From Cenococcum geophilum (taxonomy: Eukaryota), in assembly GCA_050273025.1 (NCBI GenBank), contig CP158635.1, positions 15,686,001-15,750,000 of the forward strand: a stretch of 64,000 nt of DNA, written 5' to 3'. The notes beneath the pieces were generated by a model. The model did no database searches, had not been told where the DNA came from, and was given only the letters and a program-made list of their open reading frames with translations. This document shows positions 1 through 14,437 of this stretch, piece after piece; position 1 is the stretch's first letter, and each line of letters starts with the position of its first letter. Position numbers and translations under genes: made by a program.

Positions 1-129
1 CCTATCTTCTCTTCTCCCGCTAGACCTGCCTGTTCTACTTACCGTCTACCTCGCTCGTCTTTAAGCATTTATTAATAGCAGCATTACACTAACCCTCCTT
101 TCTTTAATAGATTCGCCGATAATAATATA

Positions 130-2596
130 ATATATAACAATACCTATTAGACAAATACTCTTTATCTAAGGAGAGTAAATACACAGATTTAAAAACTAAC
201 GAAGCTAGTTCTAGTATAGACTTAACCGACGTTAATACCGGTAGTAATAATAACAATAATAATCGGGCATAGCTCCTCGCTAACGAAGACTACCCGCCCA
301 AGTACTACCTTAAATAGCTTAATACGTTTAACAAAGTAAAATATACAAAGGAGGATTATAAACCTAGCAGTACCTATCTACTTAACTGCATTAAAGAGCA
401 GTAATGCCAGTAAGCAGCCCATCTCTTTCCGTTTCCCTGCTATATTATACCACCCTAATAGCCCTAACATATGGCATAGATTCTAGGCGTACTTAGAAAA
501 GGACCCTTAAAAGGCCTATATAACCGTCTCTCTTTACAGTCTCCATAGCTTTTTTAACTAACTGCTTAATTAACGCTAAGGGAAAGGAGGAAGAAGGCGC
601 CGCGGGACTAAGGTATTGAGCTCCCTTAGGATATACTAGAAGGTCTACCACCTTATATATAAAAGAGCGACTAGTGCGAAGCTTAATAGTCAGTTAAATA
701 GGAATATATATAAGGTAAGCGCATCCTAGCTGCTTTAAGATGTTGTATACCCTAGGCTTCGGACGTAACTAATTTTAGGGGTTAGGTGCTTAGAAAGCTG
801 GCTAAGAAGTATAACTTAAAAAAGACGGGGCTAGAGAAGCCCTATATATATATAGAGGACCTTATAGAAGTGCTGCGGACAAACCTAATAACGACTAAAA
901 AGAGGTACTCCTATAGACGCTATAGGATACTACTCCAGCTATATCTATAACTGGGTGGTTTTACTATAAATCGGCCCCAAGCCCTCCTTAATCTCTACTA
1001 TCGGCATATTAGGGTCACGCTACTCCAGGACCTAGAGGGTGGGCCCCACCGTATTTTACTAGAATTTATATTTAAATTTATAAAGGAGTACCTTAGTATA
1101 AAAGATATATAGGTTCTTAAAGTTTTATCCTTTCCTTTTAGTTGCTACTATTTATAACGTTATAAAATAAGTACTAATACTTACCTGCTAACTAGAAATA
1201 CCTTCCCTATTCCTAAAATTATCTACAACCTATCCCTTAGCTTTAGCCCCCATATCTTCCTTCTTAGTCTCCTTTTCGCTAATTAGGCGTTCATAGTATA
1301 TAACCTTACATCTCCTAAGAAGCTAAGCAAGTTTTATATTAAGCCAGGTCGTAATAAGCTACCATTACGGCTAAATCAGAAACTAGATAATATTCCTATG
1401 TTCCGCCGGTTAGTAAGGACTCTAAATAGCTAGACCATTTCTTGTAATAAACCTCTTCTATACTTTACCCTTGCACCCTAGATTAAAGGGCTTAGGAAGA
1501 TTACTGGCTTTACTCAGGTCTCTTACCTATATTCGCTTAGATATAGTACTAAAAAGGCATTTAATAAAAATAGTAAGCTCTGTTATAACCGGCCTTTCTA
1601 TTAAAAGCACTAAAGAGAAATATAGGTAACGTTAGCAAGACTATACAAAACCTAATAATGCAGTATGCCGATATACGAACGTTCTTAAGGCACTACCTAT
1701 CGCGACGTATTATAGTAGACACATAGGCAATTATCTAAGGCCTTTAGCCCTAAGATGTATTAATATGGGCCGCTTATACTATAAGCCGTTTAATTAATCC
1801 TTAATAACCGCGGCGGCTTATAATAGAACAATCTTTATTAGTTAACGATTATCCTACTATCCGTTCTCTGCTTAAGTAAAGAGAGTAACTTAAATGCCGT
1901 TTTAAAGGTAAAGCTATAAAACATCCAAAGTATAAGGCGCTTAATGGCGAAATTAATAGGGAAAGGTAATGCTAGCGGTATGTACTTTTTAAAGATATTA
2001 AGGAGACCTAGGAATAGGAGCAACTAGTATATAATATTAAACTACAGCTTACTAGCGTTTAAGTTAATATAGAGGCTAGGGTAATAACGGATCTCTATAA
2101 GGGCATATTATTAAAATAAAAGGAATTAGTTAATGCGGTCGTTAGCCTGCTAGGTACTATATTTAAAGAGGAGATTTATTAATACAATAGGGCCATTTAT
2201 ACGGTTATGCAATACTATAAGGTTGAGGAAGGTAGAATATACCTTGCTGCTTCCAAACTTTATAAACAATCTAGCGGTTATATAATACTAGTTAAGATAA
2301 TAAATAAGGCTAAGATTAACTCTTAAGTTAAAGCCTTAGAAGTAGCTAAAGTGTTAGTATATAGTAAGAAGAGGCCAAAGATATATTTCCTTTATTTAGG
2401 TAACAAAAACCTATTAATTAAACAGCGTATATATTCGTTTTATACCCTAGGTAATTTTAATAAATACTTTAAGCGGAAGCACCTTGCGAATATTAGGGAA
2501 GGGGAAAAGATCTAATATAACCTCTGTTAGGTTGTTTTAGCGCATAAGATGCACCTATAACGACATACCGATAATATACACGGTACGGTCTTATAG
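130..2596 (+). pseudogene. DUF3435 tyrosine recombinase (Starship captain-like) with C-terminal C2H2-type zinc finger; RIP-inactivated, about 4 introns
   Basis: RIP-reversed translation gives EDHPPEYYLEQL, SLGTYWKVY, LQLGGFTxNRPQALL (Arg codon near 972), EFTFEFTKEYLG, FPIPEIIYDPSL, PYSLRYG (~1527-1546), QNLMMQHADIRTFLRHYL (~1650-1699), RPKICFLCLG and CNLC..HLQRH..VHG, ending TAG at 2594-2596. GT..AG introns start near 411, 715, ~1110 and 1573. Start approximate. Confidence 0.9.
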
Positions 2597-3339
2597 AGTG
2601 CTGCAACTGTTTAGAACATGGATTTACTCTATAAATGGTGCAATTTTAGTTTTAACACTAAGGATTAATTACGGCAAGTAGTCTTAGAAATTTTCTTTCG
2701 TATTTTATAAGATAGGCTGTTTTATACAAACGCTAAGAAACTTAGGAACTATATAGGTGGCGTACGTTAGGTGTTCTACCAGTCTTAATTAAGCAATATC
2801 CCTTACATTAATAGTGTACTTAGAGAAGTGGCCCGTGCACGCGACTAAAGAATATTAAACTTCCTTACGTCAAGCAGAGAATAGATAACTTTATCAATTA
2901 ATTACACCACCATCCCTCTATAAGATGGGGCCGTGTTAATAGGAGTATATAGATCGACTTAACACTATAGAATAAAGCTCTATATATAATATATATGCGA
3001 AATTTAACATATTTATGGCCATATCTACGAGGTCTTCGTTATCCGGCAGAACGATCGACCGCCTGCATGTGCAGCTTCCTAATTGGTGCGCACGGAGCAC
3101 AGCTTTGAGGACGCGTTTATCAATACAAGGGATAGCGTTGAATTCCCCTTTTCACTACTATTAACATTAAGTAATAACATACCATCACTTTTATACCTAT
3201 TCCCCACTATCCATCCAGTAAAAGTAATATCCGCGCTTTTTATCGATTATTTACTGTAATAGTAACTTAGACTGCAAAAAGCGCTAAAACCTTCGCTAAA
3301 ACCTTAGTAATACTAATACTAAAAAGGGCCTTTCTTAAC

Positions 3340-5420
3340 CTAGGGAAAGAGCGCAAAAATATATTGGGAATCCCCCCACAGTAACCATCTACCAGCCCGT
3401 GAAAAATGTGTATCCTTTTCAGAATGACTTTGACGTTTAATTCATTGCACCATATTTAATAGCGCTAGCTCCTAACCCACTACGCAATAAGACCTACGCC
3501 TATAAAAATTAAAAAGTGCTTGGCAGCGTTAACACCTATTTAAACCTTCTCCGCCATCTACTTTAGACGTTTAAACTCCTTTATCTAATCTTTAGAAACT
3601 ATGGTATAGCAGGTTTTAGAGTTAAGAGTTAATTCAATTGCGATACGGTTAGTAGGCTAGCGGGTAGGAAGTTAAAATTTAGTACTAGGAAGAGGTAATA
3701 TAAGGCTGTGCTAGCATAGCTAGAGGCCTACCAACGATTCTATTCTATATAATTGTCCTATACGTAATATTAAAACCTAACTAAGATAAGTATAAAATCT
3801 TTAATAATTACAACCACTATAAACTTATACCCGCCTTTAAGTAATATATTCTCAGTCCTACCTATATAGCGCTGCTTGCTTCTATTTATTGCTTTATAGG
3901 GAAATATATCCATATAATGCTACGCGTATAACTATCGCGTTCTTCCGGGTAACTATCTTAAGATATCCCGCCATTCCATGCCTCCCTCACGTAGGCTCGT
4001 AAGGAGTGTCTCTTTATTAGCTATCTATTGTTCCACCGCTTTAGGCCTTAGACTATTATATTAGTGCTTATATTACTATAGTATTTTATATAGAAAATAC
4101 TTTACGATTTCCTTTTATGGCTTTTTTTTTTATATAGGGTTAGGAGGAGAGCCTTATCCTTCTCTAACTACTTATCCTGCTTCTTAGAAGCGGTTAGGTT
4201 TTAGAGGGTTTTATTTATAACTATAATCTTTATAACATATTAGTAAAAGAAAGGATAAGACTATAGACTTATTTAAAACGGGAACTAACTAGTAATAGCT
4301 GCCAAACCTCTATTAAACGCAAGTCTAGTATACCGGGTTTTTTACTATTCTATTAAGACCTAAGATATAAGCAAGATTAAGAGAATAAATATAAGATGTA
4401 TATATCTAGCTCCTAAATATAAGCTGGCGAATATAGTACCTATTTAGTAATATACACGTATTAGCAACTAAGTAACCTTAAATAGCATATAATTGAATAT
4501 TCTTTATCTATCTATTCTTTACGTGCTTTAATAGTAAGAAAAATTTAGTTATATTTATTCTAATAAGCCCATACGCTTTTTTTAAGGTTAAAAGCAACCT
4601 TATCCCAACTATCGCCGCCCTTAAAAGTTATATTTATTAATTATAATCGGTCTCCGACAGTCCAATTCGCCTAATTATTCGCTAAATAATGCGTAAAAGG
4701 CTTTCTATTAGCTGCTAGCAATAGGTATAGTTTCTAGATAGTTTAATATGGTGAGTTAATTAATATCGTTAATGCTAAACTAGAAGACGCCGAACTAGGT
4801 AATATTATTAGCGCTAAGCGGGTTAATACTAATAATAGTAAATCGCACTACCAGAGCAATTAATAGTTAAAATAGCCCTCCATCTATATAGAATTGTTAA
4901 GAGGGAAGGAGGAAGTATTAATTAGGGGTATAAGGATATTTAACGGAACGCACCCTTTAATGGAGCACTATGCAGCTAATAAAGATAATAACGCCACCGT
5001 TACGGGTTTCTTCTACTATATATATTGTGATTTTAAGGGTCTTATACGCGTGGATGCAAATTTATATTATAGTGTAAATGGGCCCAAAGATATAGGGACT
5101 TTAAATTTAATTGTATACCAAAATCTTAATACCCTCTAATCTAGATATAAATAACTACTGTTAAGACTCCATACTAGGTAGACACGGCCTCTAAAAAATA
5201 ACTCTCTCTACGCCTTCCTCCTTAATATACCACTCTAAGTTTTCAAGAATGTCTTATATTAGAGTCTATAATTTAATTAGAATAGATACTATAGGAGATA
5301 TTAAACGTACCTGGAATATAATTGCGTTAGGGTAATCCCATAAATATTTAAACAATAAAGCTAAATAGATAGTATCCTATATTTAATGTCCTTTAGTTCT
5401 TTCTTAAAGAAGATAAAGAA
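3340..5420 (+). pseudogene. Unassigned RIP-degraded coding relic(s)
   Basis: Protein-like reading frames after RIP reversal (KKYIGNPPTVTIYQPVKNVYPFQNDF at ~3355; FNGTHPLMEHYAA..TVTGFF in ORF 4894-5139). No family recognised. Confidence 0.3.
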
Positions 5421-6699
5421 TCTCCTTTTTAGTCTTAGGGAAAAGATTAATTAAGTTAAAGAAGAGGTTACGCGTAGTTCTCCTATTTAGGTAAATATAA
5501 AGAATTTTATACTATATAGCCTCTACTAGTTTAATAGGGCGCTAGTATTACAGGCCTATAGAAAATTCCTTTAGATATGCTTTTTACTAGCCTTTTAGGC
5601 CTATAGTAATTTATTTATGCGATGAAATAGTGCTTTAACACAAAGTAGTTAAGCTAGGATGCCTTTCTAATATTATTAAAGGCGCTCTTTCTAGATCTAT
5701 ACTAATAGGTTATAAGGCGCTATATCTAGAATCTTAATCCCTACTATAGGCTATAAAAGCCATAAGAGGCTGCTAAATATACCACTCTAAGACTAGTAGG
5801 ATCTAGCGAATTGCGGCTTAAAAGGGCGAGCTAATTATCTAAGAAGCAGCATCTATATTAAAGAGTAAAGTGGCCGTAAATAGCTAATAGAAATAAGATA
5901 GACCAGGGAATGGTTTAAGAGGAGCGGTAAAAATAGTGAAGTTAGGGTAGTAATGAATAAGACCTATAAAAGAAAGCGATAAGGTAACTAGTGTAGTAGA
6001 TAGTAAAGGCAATTATACATCCCTAGCGTAATAGGGCGAAATCAGCTTTATATATTACTTATTCCTACCTTATACCCTTAAGATCCAAAGCATTCTTAGG
6101 TTTATTAAGGCGTTTTAGCCTATAATTCTTATGGGACGCATTATTATATTATTAAAAAGAAAATTAATAAAAGCTTCTAGACTTTATAGCAGGTAAGCTA
6201 TATTTAATTAGCTAGGGAAATAGCTGCATATTCTTACTTTAATTAGCTATTTAGTTTTTTATCTTAGATCTTTAGAGAAGCATAAGTTATAGTAGTAGGT
6301 TTGGAATAAAGTAGCGTCTTAGGGATAATAAGGCGAGGGGGCTAATGTACGCCAAGCTAATATTACAGGGGGGTTTCGTTGCAATTATAATAAAACCCCC
6401 CTATACCGTTTCCTACTTCTTCCACTCTCACGCTTAGCTGCCTTTTTTTATTAGGTTAAACAACCTAATAGGCTTATAATACTTATGTCTTAGTAGCAGG
6501 GTAATAAGACGCTTATTAGCGCTATAGTAATTCTATTCTATAGTCCTTTCTTACCTAAAGCTAATTATTCTTTACTATAAAAGGGAGAAGTAGTCCTTCC
6601 TAATGCGTTCTTACAGCTAGCTCACACCGTTAATTCTTATTCTTCTATAGGTTTACCTTCTAATACTTCTTTCCTAAGGTATTACTTATATATAATAGT

Positions 6700-8170
6700 T
6701 ATTATTAAATAAGCTTAAGCGGGTTATATAATACCTACGCTTTATTAGCGAAACTAAAGGAATTAAAGTTCTTAATAGAGTAGTAGAGAATTTCCTAAAA
6801 GCTTTCTTTATCGGATATACCAATTAAATAGAGGCGCTTAGCTTAAGTAATACTTTGGCGATTTTAGGGGTTCGGAAGACTCTAGTAATCTTAACAGCCC
6901 CAATAGCTCTAGTAGCTTTAGCGACTTTAATAACTCTAGAGACTTAGAAAGGTCTATATAACTTTTTTTTATCATTCCTAGTTCCTAAGGAAATCCTACT
7001 TCCTAACAAACGCTTTGCCCTACTTTGCGGAGGAAATTTAGTCTATAAGGGAGTAGGAACCCCACTTTATAAAGGTAGAGAAGTAAAACTAGAGACCTTA
7101 CCACAAATAGCCGTACAGCAACTTATTACTATTAGCGTAAAAATTCTATTCCTAAACCTAAATAACTTGGATACTTTTCGTTTACTCTATAATCTAGCTA
7201 AGGGCGGATTAACTAAAGCCCTATAGGAACTATATACTAGACTAGTAGGAGATAATAATAAGCTTATAATTTGTAACCTAATTAATGTTTTTAAAAATAA
7301 TAAAAATCTAGTTAGCTGCAGGTTAATAAAGTCTATCCTGTCTAAGAGAATAGATATTATAGTGAAGTAATTAAAAAAGGCAAAATAGAAGCTTAAAAAT
7401 GGTAAAAGCCTTAGGAGTATAGTAAGGAAGTTAGTCTATTCTTTAGGAGGAGAAGCATTAAAATATAACGATATTGCTAGCTAGAAATGGAATCTTTTTA
7501 AACCTAAGGTGCGTATTGGTCTCAGCAATATAGACTATAGCACAATATTAGTTCTTCCTTAGGCCTTTACTATATTAGTAATTAACTCTTAATAGTATTA
7601 AGAGGCATATAACCTTAGGAGAATTTTTTATCTTAAATGCTTAGTTATAGACCTAACCGTAATACCTAGAATAGATAAAGTTAGCTTCTTTAGAGAAGCA
7701 ACTAAAGGATATATATCTTGGTTGCGCTAATACTAACTTAATAAGTTAACCCAAAGCTTAGAACGCCCCTTAGAGCTCTAATAGAGTAAAAAGGCTAGCG
7801 GAAATTAAGCACTCCTAAAAAAAGCGCCCTAGATTAGACAGTTCCTCGCCACTTAGTATAGAGGAGGAAAGTACGCCTGTTAAAATCTCTTAGGATTATC
7901 CCGACGTATATTAGGATCTTCCATTAATTCCCCCTAGGCTCCTTTAGTATTATCCCGATATGTATTAAGAGCTTTCATTAATTTCCCCTAAGTTCCCTTA
8001 GGACGATCTTAATATATATTTAGACCTTCCGCTAATCCATTTTAGGGACTATCTTAATATTTATTAGGACCTTCCTAAGTTCTTTAACCCTCTTAATATA
8101 TATTAAAACCTTCCGCCAATTTAATATAAATTTATTTAGGACTATTTTAATATATACCTAGGCCCTCTAT
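6700..8170 (+). pseudogene. Orphan protein relic with KKRPRL basic motif and degenerate C-terminal D(H/Y)PDxYQDLP repeats
   Basis: Long frame broken only by RIP-type stops (PKEILLPNKRFALLCGGNLV.. from ~6980). KKRPRLDSSSP at ~7818-7850. Several ~45-55 bp degenerate repeats at 7890-8160. Confidence 0.4.
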
Positions 8171-10130
8171 AAATTCCCACCTGCATAAACAGCACGGTAA
8201 TAAATAATATAGTTAATTGCTATACTACAGTCCCCTACGCATAGTATAATAGCCATTATAGCCCATAAGATCTATTACATTCCACCGTTTTTAACGGGGG
8301 ACCTCCTATATATTTAGAATACTAATTTAACCCTTAAACTATAACGGCTACTATAAGGCAGTAACTTTGCGAACCTATACAGATATATAAGCGGTTCCAC
8401 CTCTATACCCTTTAAAAATCTACGGCGTGTTATATAAAGCACCTAATATCTTACTACTCTTTAGCTAAAAGGATTTATAGTCTGCCAAAACCTTAAATTT
8501 TAGTAGTCTATTACTTAAACCTAACGGCCCAACGGCTAATATTACTATAGCCTTATTTACACTCTATGCGGGCATATATAGACGGGGAGTCTATAGATTG
8601 TTATATTATACTAGAGTTAACTTTTTAAGTAAAACGGCGTTAGGGGTTATAGTTAGGATTATTATAGCGATAGTTCTAGCTTTCTACTTTATATTTATTA
8701 GTATACTATTATACCTTTTCTAGCGTTAGTACTAACCTCTAAGTATAGATTAATATATTTATCTATTATAGTTACGGCGGGTATAATGCGGAAAAGAGTA
8801 TTAGATATCCTTAAAGAGGAATTCTCTTAGTTTTATGTCGCTATATAGGCTATTAAATTATCTATATCTTTACTATCGATGCTAGAAGCTATCTATAGCC
8901 TAGATATTGCTAAGTTAAAGGTATAAGTAGCGGACATAAGTAAATAAAAGCTATTTAGTAGGGCTGATTTCTGGTTAAGCAGGGCCTATATAACACCGCC
9001 TGTTCTTAAGAAACGTTATCACACCAATACGCGCCTAAGCATTAACGCACCTTACAGAAGAGATATAGGCAACTTATAGAAATTATCTCAATATTTATAG
9101 GTAAAGGGAATGTGCTATAGACTGTATATAAATATATATCCTCTAGTCCTATATAAAGAGGCCACTAGACCTCTACTCCTATTATTATTACTTTAACCTT
9201 ACCTAGCGCTTTTACCCCCTAAGAATAACATTGTAATAAAGCTGCTAGAAATTACAAAGGACAATTTAATTTTCAGACTAGATTGTTCTCCCATTTCTCC
9301 TTAAGATTTCCTATAGGGCTTTTATAAACCTAATACTAATTATAACAGTATTAAGGTAAAAGATACTATATACCCTTTATATTAGTCTAATAGTTCTATA
9401 GGTTAAAGATATTTTTACCCTCTGCTATATACAGCAGTACTAGCACTATAGCTTACACCTATATTATAGTAAACGTATTTTTTTAGGGATATTTAATTCT
9501 AATAGTTTGGTAGTTAAACGCATGGTATTCTTAGGTAATCTCATACTTATAAAAGGCGGGCTAGAAATAATTAAATAGGTAGAATATAAGGTAGAGGATG
9601 GGAATAATTGGCTTTAGATAAAAAATGCCCCTTCTTCTTAAAAATTCTTTAAATAGGTCTCTGTTAATAACGAACTTAAGTAAGCTAAGGTAAATATTAT
9701 AAATAATATAGATTTTTATAAGTTAACAGTTTTATAGGTCTTAGATATAATTAGTTTCCGCCCTACTTTAAGCGTTTCCCCCCTATACAGGAGACGGTTT
9801 ACCCTACTTAGGATTTTTCTTTTAAATGGGTCGTAGAAGCTAGGTAAAATGCTATTAAATATAGTTAAAAAGATAGAAAATAGAGAGGAAATTATAGAAT
9901 AGGTAAAGCATAAGCTGTAGCGTTATAAGGACGAAGACTTAGCCGGGTAGATATTATCTTTAAGTTTTACTTAGCTAATATAAGAGCTACCTTTATAAGG
10001 AGGATGTCTCTCTATTAATTTTACTCCTGTAATAATAAAGCCTATACAGTAGGCTATAGCGCGGGTAAATTACTTATAAATCTAGGAATAGGAGAACGGA
10101 AGCTATAGGATATTGGTTCCTATAGGGGAG

Positions 10131-10290
10131 TTTAATAAAGCGTTAAGAATTCGCGTTGTTTAGAGCTTTAATAACCTCATTTTGAAGTTCGTCGCGATAT
10201 ATAGTGCCCGAAATTCCCTAGCCAATAAGATTCTTACAGCTACAGCTAGGGGGTGGCACTATAATAAGGTCTATAAGTGTTAAAGTAGTA
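10131..10290 (-). pseudogene. Protein-kinase N-lobe-like fragment
   Basis: Reads LIG(W)GISGTIYRDELQNEVIKA, i.e. a GxGxSG loop plus VIK, and then breaks off. Confidence 0.4.
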
Positions 10291-10989
10291 GTTAATATTA
10301 AATATATAAGGGCTTTAAAGGGGCGGCAAAATCCTAGTGTCTAACTAACTAATCTATTATTTACCCTAGATTTTAGACGCTATTCTTAGACAAGATTAGT
10401 CTTTATAGTAGATATACTAACCTTATAGCCGCTGTTATAGAAAAGCAGGGGGAGGAGTAGAAGGTTAGCGATTTGGCGCGTTAGAATAGGTGGGGGTTAT
10501 ATTTAGGATTAGTACCATAATATAATTTCTTAGCTTAGCAATACGCCGTAAGGATCTAAAATATTAGGTATAGCGATTAACTTAACTAAAGAGTAGATAT
10601 TACTAGGTCCGCTAAATTAAAAGTATTTTTTATTAAACCTATTATTTTATTACTTATCGTATATTAAGATAGGGTATAACTTGCTAGATTTACCGCGTTA
10701 AGCTATATATATAAAGCACGCTCTTATCTTTAGTTATTATATTATTTAGGCTAAACTACCGTAAGAATAAGTTATACTAGATATAGAGATAGTAAGTATA
10801 GGAGCTACAAGAATAGCTAGCGGGGTTAAGTAGGGTTATAGTATAGATCCGTAGGAGCTAGGGGCTCGTAGAAGCTAGGGGATCCTATAAGGTAGGTAAT
10901 TATACAAGTAGGGTAGTTCTAACCTAGCGCCCTCTAATTAATACCTAGCGTGTAAATAGGGTATTAATAGGTTTAATAACTTCGGCTTT

Positions 10990-11655
10990 AATCGTGCGAG
11001 CTAGATACTCATAGGAGCTAGCTAATCCTACGAGCTAGGTAACCGTGCGAGCATAGTGCTCGTGGAAGCTAGGCAATCCTACGAGCTAGGCGATCGTGCG
11101 AGCTAAGCGATCGTGCGAACTAGGTAATCGTGCGAGCTGGATGCTCGTGGGAGCTGGCCGATCCTACGAGCTAGGTAACCGTACAAGCATGGTGCTTGTG
11201 GGAGCTAGGCAATCCTGCGAGCTAGGTGATCGTGCGAGCTGGGCGATCGTGCGAACTGGATGATCGTGCAAGCTAGGTGATCGTGCGAGCTGGGTGATCG
11301 TGCAAGCTGGGTGATCGTGCGAGCTAGGTGATCGTGCGAGCTAGGTGATCGTGCGAACTAGGTGATCGTGCAAGCTAGGTAATTGTGCGAACTAGGTAAT
11401 CGTGCGAGCTAAGTAATTGTGCGAACTAGGTGATCGTGCAAGCTGGGTAATTGTGCGAACTAGGTGATCGTGCGAGCTGGGTAATCGTGCGAACTAGGTA
11501 ATCGTGCGAGCTAGGTGATCGTGCAAACTAGGTAATCGTGCGAGCTAAGTAATCGTGCGAACTAGGTGATCGTGCGAGCTAGGTGATCGTGCGAGCTAGG
11601 CGATCGTGCGAGTAGAGTGATCGTGTAAGCAGGGTGATTATATAAGCAGGGTGAT
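10990..11655. repeat. 17-bp minisatellite (GCTAGGTGATCGTGCGA)n bracketed by a ~43-bp direct repeat
   Basis: More than 30 tandem units are visible. TCTAACCTAGCGCCCTCTA..CCTAGC.TGTAAATAGG occurs at ~10918 and ~11656. Confidence 0.95.
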
Positions 11656-11849
11656 CTAACCTAGCGCCCTCTATTAACGCCTAGCTTGTAAATAGGAAGC
11701 AAACATTAGGAAAATACTAGAACTATAAAAAAAGGAAATATATAAGTCCTAGATCTAGAAATATTAAAGAAGTTCCTATATAAAGACTCCTATAAACTTT
11801 ATAACGACTTAAAGCCCCCTTATATATACTTGGAGAAGTTTATATATAA

Positions 11850-11942
11850 ACAGCCCTATAAGCGTAGCTATAAGTTTAAGCCCCCTTACGTAACCTAACT
11901 ACCCTTCCCTACTATACCGAAATAGATAAATAACCGCTATAT
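11850..11942 (+). repeat. ~95-bp dispersed direct repeat, copy 1 (copy 2 at ~14945-15038)
   Basis: AGCCCTATAAGCGTAGCTATAAG..AAATAACCGCTATAT is present at both loci with transition differences. Confidence 0.9.
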
Positions 11943-12732
11943 TTTATAAGTAGAGAAATAATTTAAATAAAAGGAAAACACTATAAAAGAATATATTTAT
12001 ATCCTTAAGATATAAATCTATAAGTACCGTAGTCTTAAATATGACTAATAGTTGCTAGTATAGCATACATCCTAGGTCTATAAGAAAATTAAAAAATCCT
12101 AGGTTATTATTATAGACTTACTTACTTACTTATCGCTTTTAAGGTAGTAAATAAATTCTTCTAAGTAAAAGCATAGATTATTATAAATACTTTATAGCTC
12201 GCTATAAGTTAAGCGGGCAGAGACTTTAGTAGAAATAGTAAAATATTATTTTATTTCACAATAGGCTAAATAAAGAAAGGCTAAAGTTTTAACCCTTTTA
12301 CCAGCTTTTATTAGAACTCTTCTTTATATTTTTATTCTTTACTTACAGATTTAAGACTATAAAGTCAAGGCTACTGTATTTAACCGTCGCCTATATAGCC
12401 TTATCGCTTAATATCTCTTTATTGCTGTCTACCCCTATTTCTTAATCTTTAGTACTAAAACTATTTTCTCTGTTATATAATGTCTCTGCGTCCCATTCTA
12501 AGTTACTTTCCTAACTAACTAACGCCTCTACGTTGCCGTTGTTATCTCTAAAGTCGGTTTCTCTATTTATAAACGCCTCTTTACTAGCTAACAATTTAGG
12601 GACGCTATACTTATAGGTACTTAGGGTTACGGGATACCACTTAAGGAGAAATCGTGGTTAATATTATTAGGATATAGAACAAGCCTATAGACCTCTAAGT
12701 ACTAGCTGCTTAATACCTTAAGTAAAAAATCT

Positions 12733-13045
12733 CTCCTAACGCAAGGCAGATTAATAGGAGTTAATTACCGCCTATATAAGGCGGAGCGCTTATAAAGGGC
12801 TTAGCCAGAATGCTAATTAAACTACCCTATAGGCACTAATAGCTCCTTTGCTATAAATAGGGGGTTAATATATAAGATTAACTAGCTAGGATAAGTCTAC
12901 TACTTAGGTAGTGTCTTGCCCTAAAAAGAATAGGCGTTAAAAATAAATTATATAATGCTATTCCTACTAAGAGAGGCGTTATTAGGGGTTATTATTAACT
13001 TCTAGTTCTAGTTTATAACTTCATACAAACGCTTCTAAACCCTAC
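12733..13045 (+). repeat. ~315-bp dispersed direct repeat, copy 1 (copy 2 at ~15053-15370)
   Basis: AACGCAAGG..TATATAAGGCGGAGCGCTTATAAAGGGCTTAGC..CTAAACCCTAC is shared by both loci. Confidence 0.9.
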
Positions 13046-13289
13046 TAAGGCATGCGGCGTCTATTGGGGATTGTTAGCTATTTAAATTCAGCAATAGCTT
13101 AGCTAATAACTACTCCTAATAATGCCTTACTTATAGATCACTCTAGGCGCCTATAGTCTTAGGCGCAGATAATACGTAAGCTAAGAGTAATTATAGCCGC
13201 TAAATATTGTACCATAGATACTATATAGGTGGAAAAGGGCGGCTAGTATACTTTACCTTTCCCTTCTACTTTCTGTTCTAACTCTACCT

Positions 13290-14437
13290 TAAGAGAAAAA
13301 TGGAATATAAACGTCATACTCCTAGTTCTTATATACTATTAAATTAACTTACCTTTAAACCTAACCTCTTAATTATATACCCCTTACGATCTTTATAGGA
13401 ATACCAGATATTATATATATTACCTTAACTAAGCTTAGATACGTTGCTAATATAACCTATAGGTCCTTAATTAGTACTTATAGAAACATTACTATATGCT
13501 ACTACCCTAAGGGTAATATACCTAATTAACCTACTAAAAACCTTAAATTATCCTAGAATTGCATTAACGACAAAGATATAGCATCTAGTAGCGGGGAGGA
13601 GAAATAATTATAGCTTTCTAACCCTATACAGAAATAGATACCTTATATATCTACTTAAATACCTAATAAAGACAATCCTTATAAAAACAAAGATAATATA
13701 AAGGGCGATATATAAGAGGACATGGTTTGGGGAGGTGTATAAAAAATATACCTTAATTACTTTAGGGACTTAGAAGGTAATGGCGAAGCTAAAATAGGCT
13801 TATATAAGCTAATAAAGGACTATAGCGAGGCTAAGATGGACTTACCTTAACTAGTAGATACAGTTGCGGTTTCTAAACACGTTTTGCCAATAACTTAAGG
13901 TATATTTATAAGACCCCTATATTTATTTAGCAATACTAATAAATAAGTAGAGAATAGCTTAGCTAATCTTACGACGTTTTTTGGAGTTGCGTCTCCCCCA
14001 TCTAAAGTATTAACGATTTCCGATGCTATAATTTCGCGTAGATAACTAAAGTATCTTATCTTGTAGTTGCCTTCTTATTATATAAAAAAGGACTTAAGAC
14101 ATCTCCAAAGCCCTAGTTATAAATCATTCGTATTTACGTTTAGCCCTATCACAGTAATATACTAGTATTCTACCTAGGTTTTAGCCATAGACATACTACT
14201 AAAGAGACTTATATTATACTATACTAAAAACCCCCGTCTCTTTCGCCGTTATACTAAAATATATAAACTACTTAAAGATATTATAATAGAGATAGCTAAA
14301 AGGAGCAAACCGTATAAACAAGGAGATCAATTAGGAAAGGCATTAGAGGATTTATTAAAAGAGATATTAAGAAGAAAAGTATATAAGAGAAAGGTGGATC
14401 CTACTATAGATAGAGATCCTAAGAGGTTTAAGGTATA
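13290..14437 (+). pseudogene. Orphan protein relic ending in a basic KRKV..KRFKV motif
   Basis: RIP-reversed frame DMVWGGVQKIYLDHF..(intron)..LTTFFGVASPPS..NPRLFRR..PKRFKV*. Start approximate. Confidence 0.5.

Noticed and set aside
1838..2023. Supplied short ORFs such as 1838-2023, 19493-19720, 21080-21415, 23697-24077, 24531-24758, 30201-30506, 30659-31024, 40339-40605, 50370-50588 and 52571-52759
   Set aside because: They are antisense shadows of RIP-mutated genes or translations of simple repeats.
2600..6400. DUF3723 auxiliary gene expected near a captain
   Set aside because: Its characteristic motifs were not recognisable on either strand.
10990..11655. CRISPR-like appearance of the short-repeat arrays (also 35375-35766 and 40150-40520)
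   Set aside because: Units are directly tandem with no unique spacers, there are no cas genes, and the DNA is eukaryotic.
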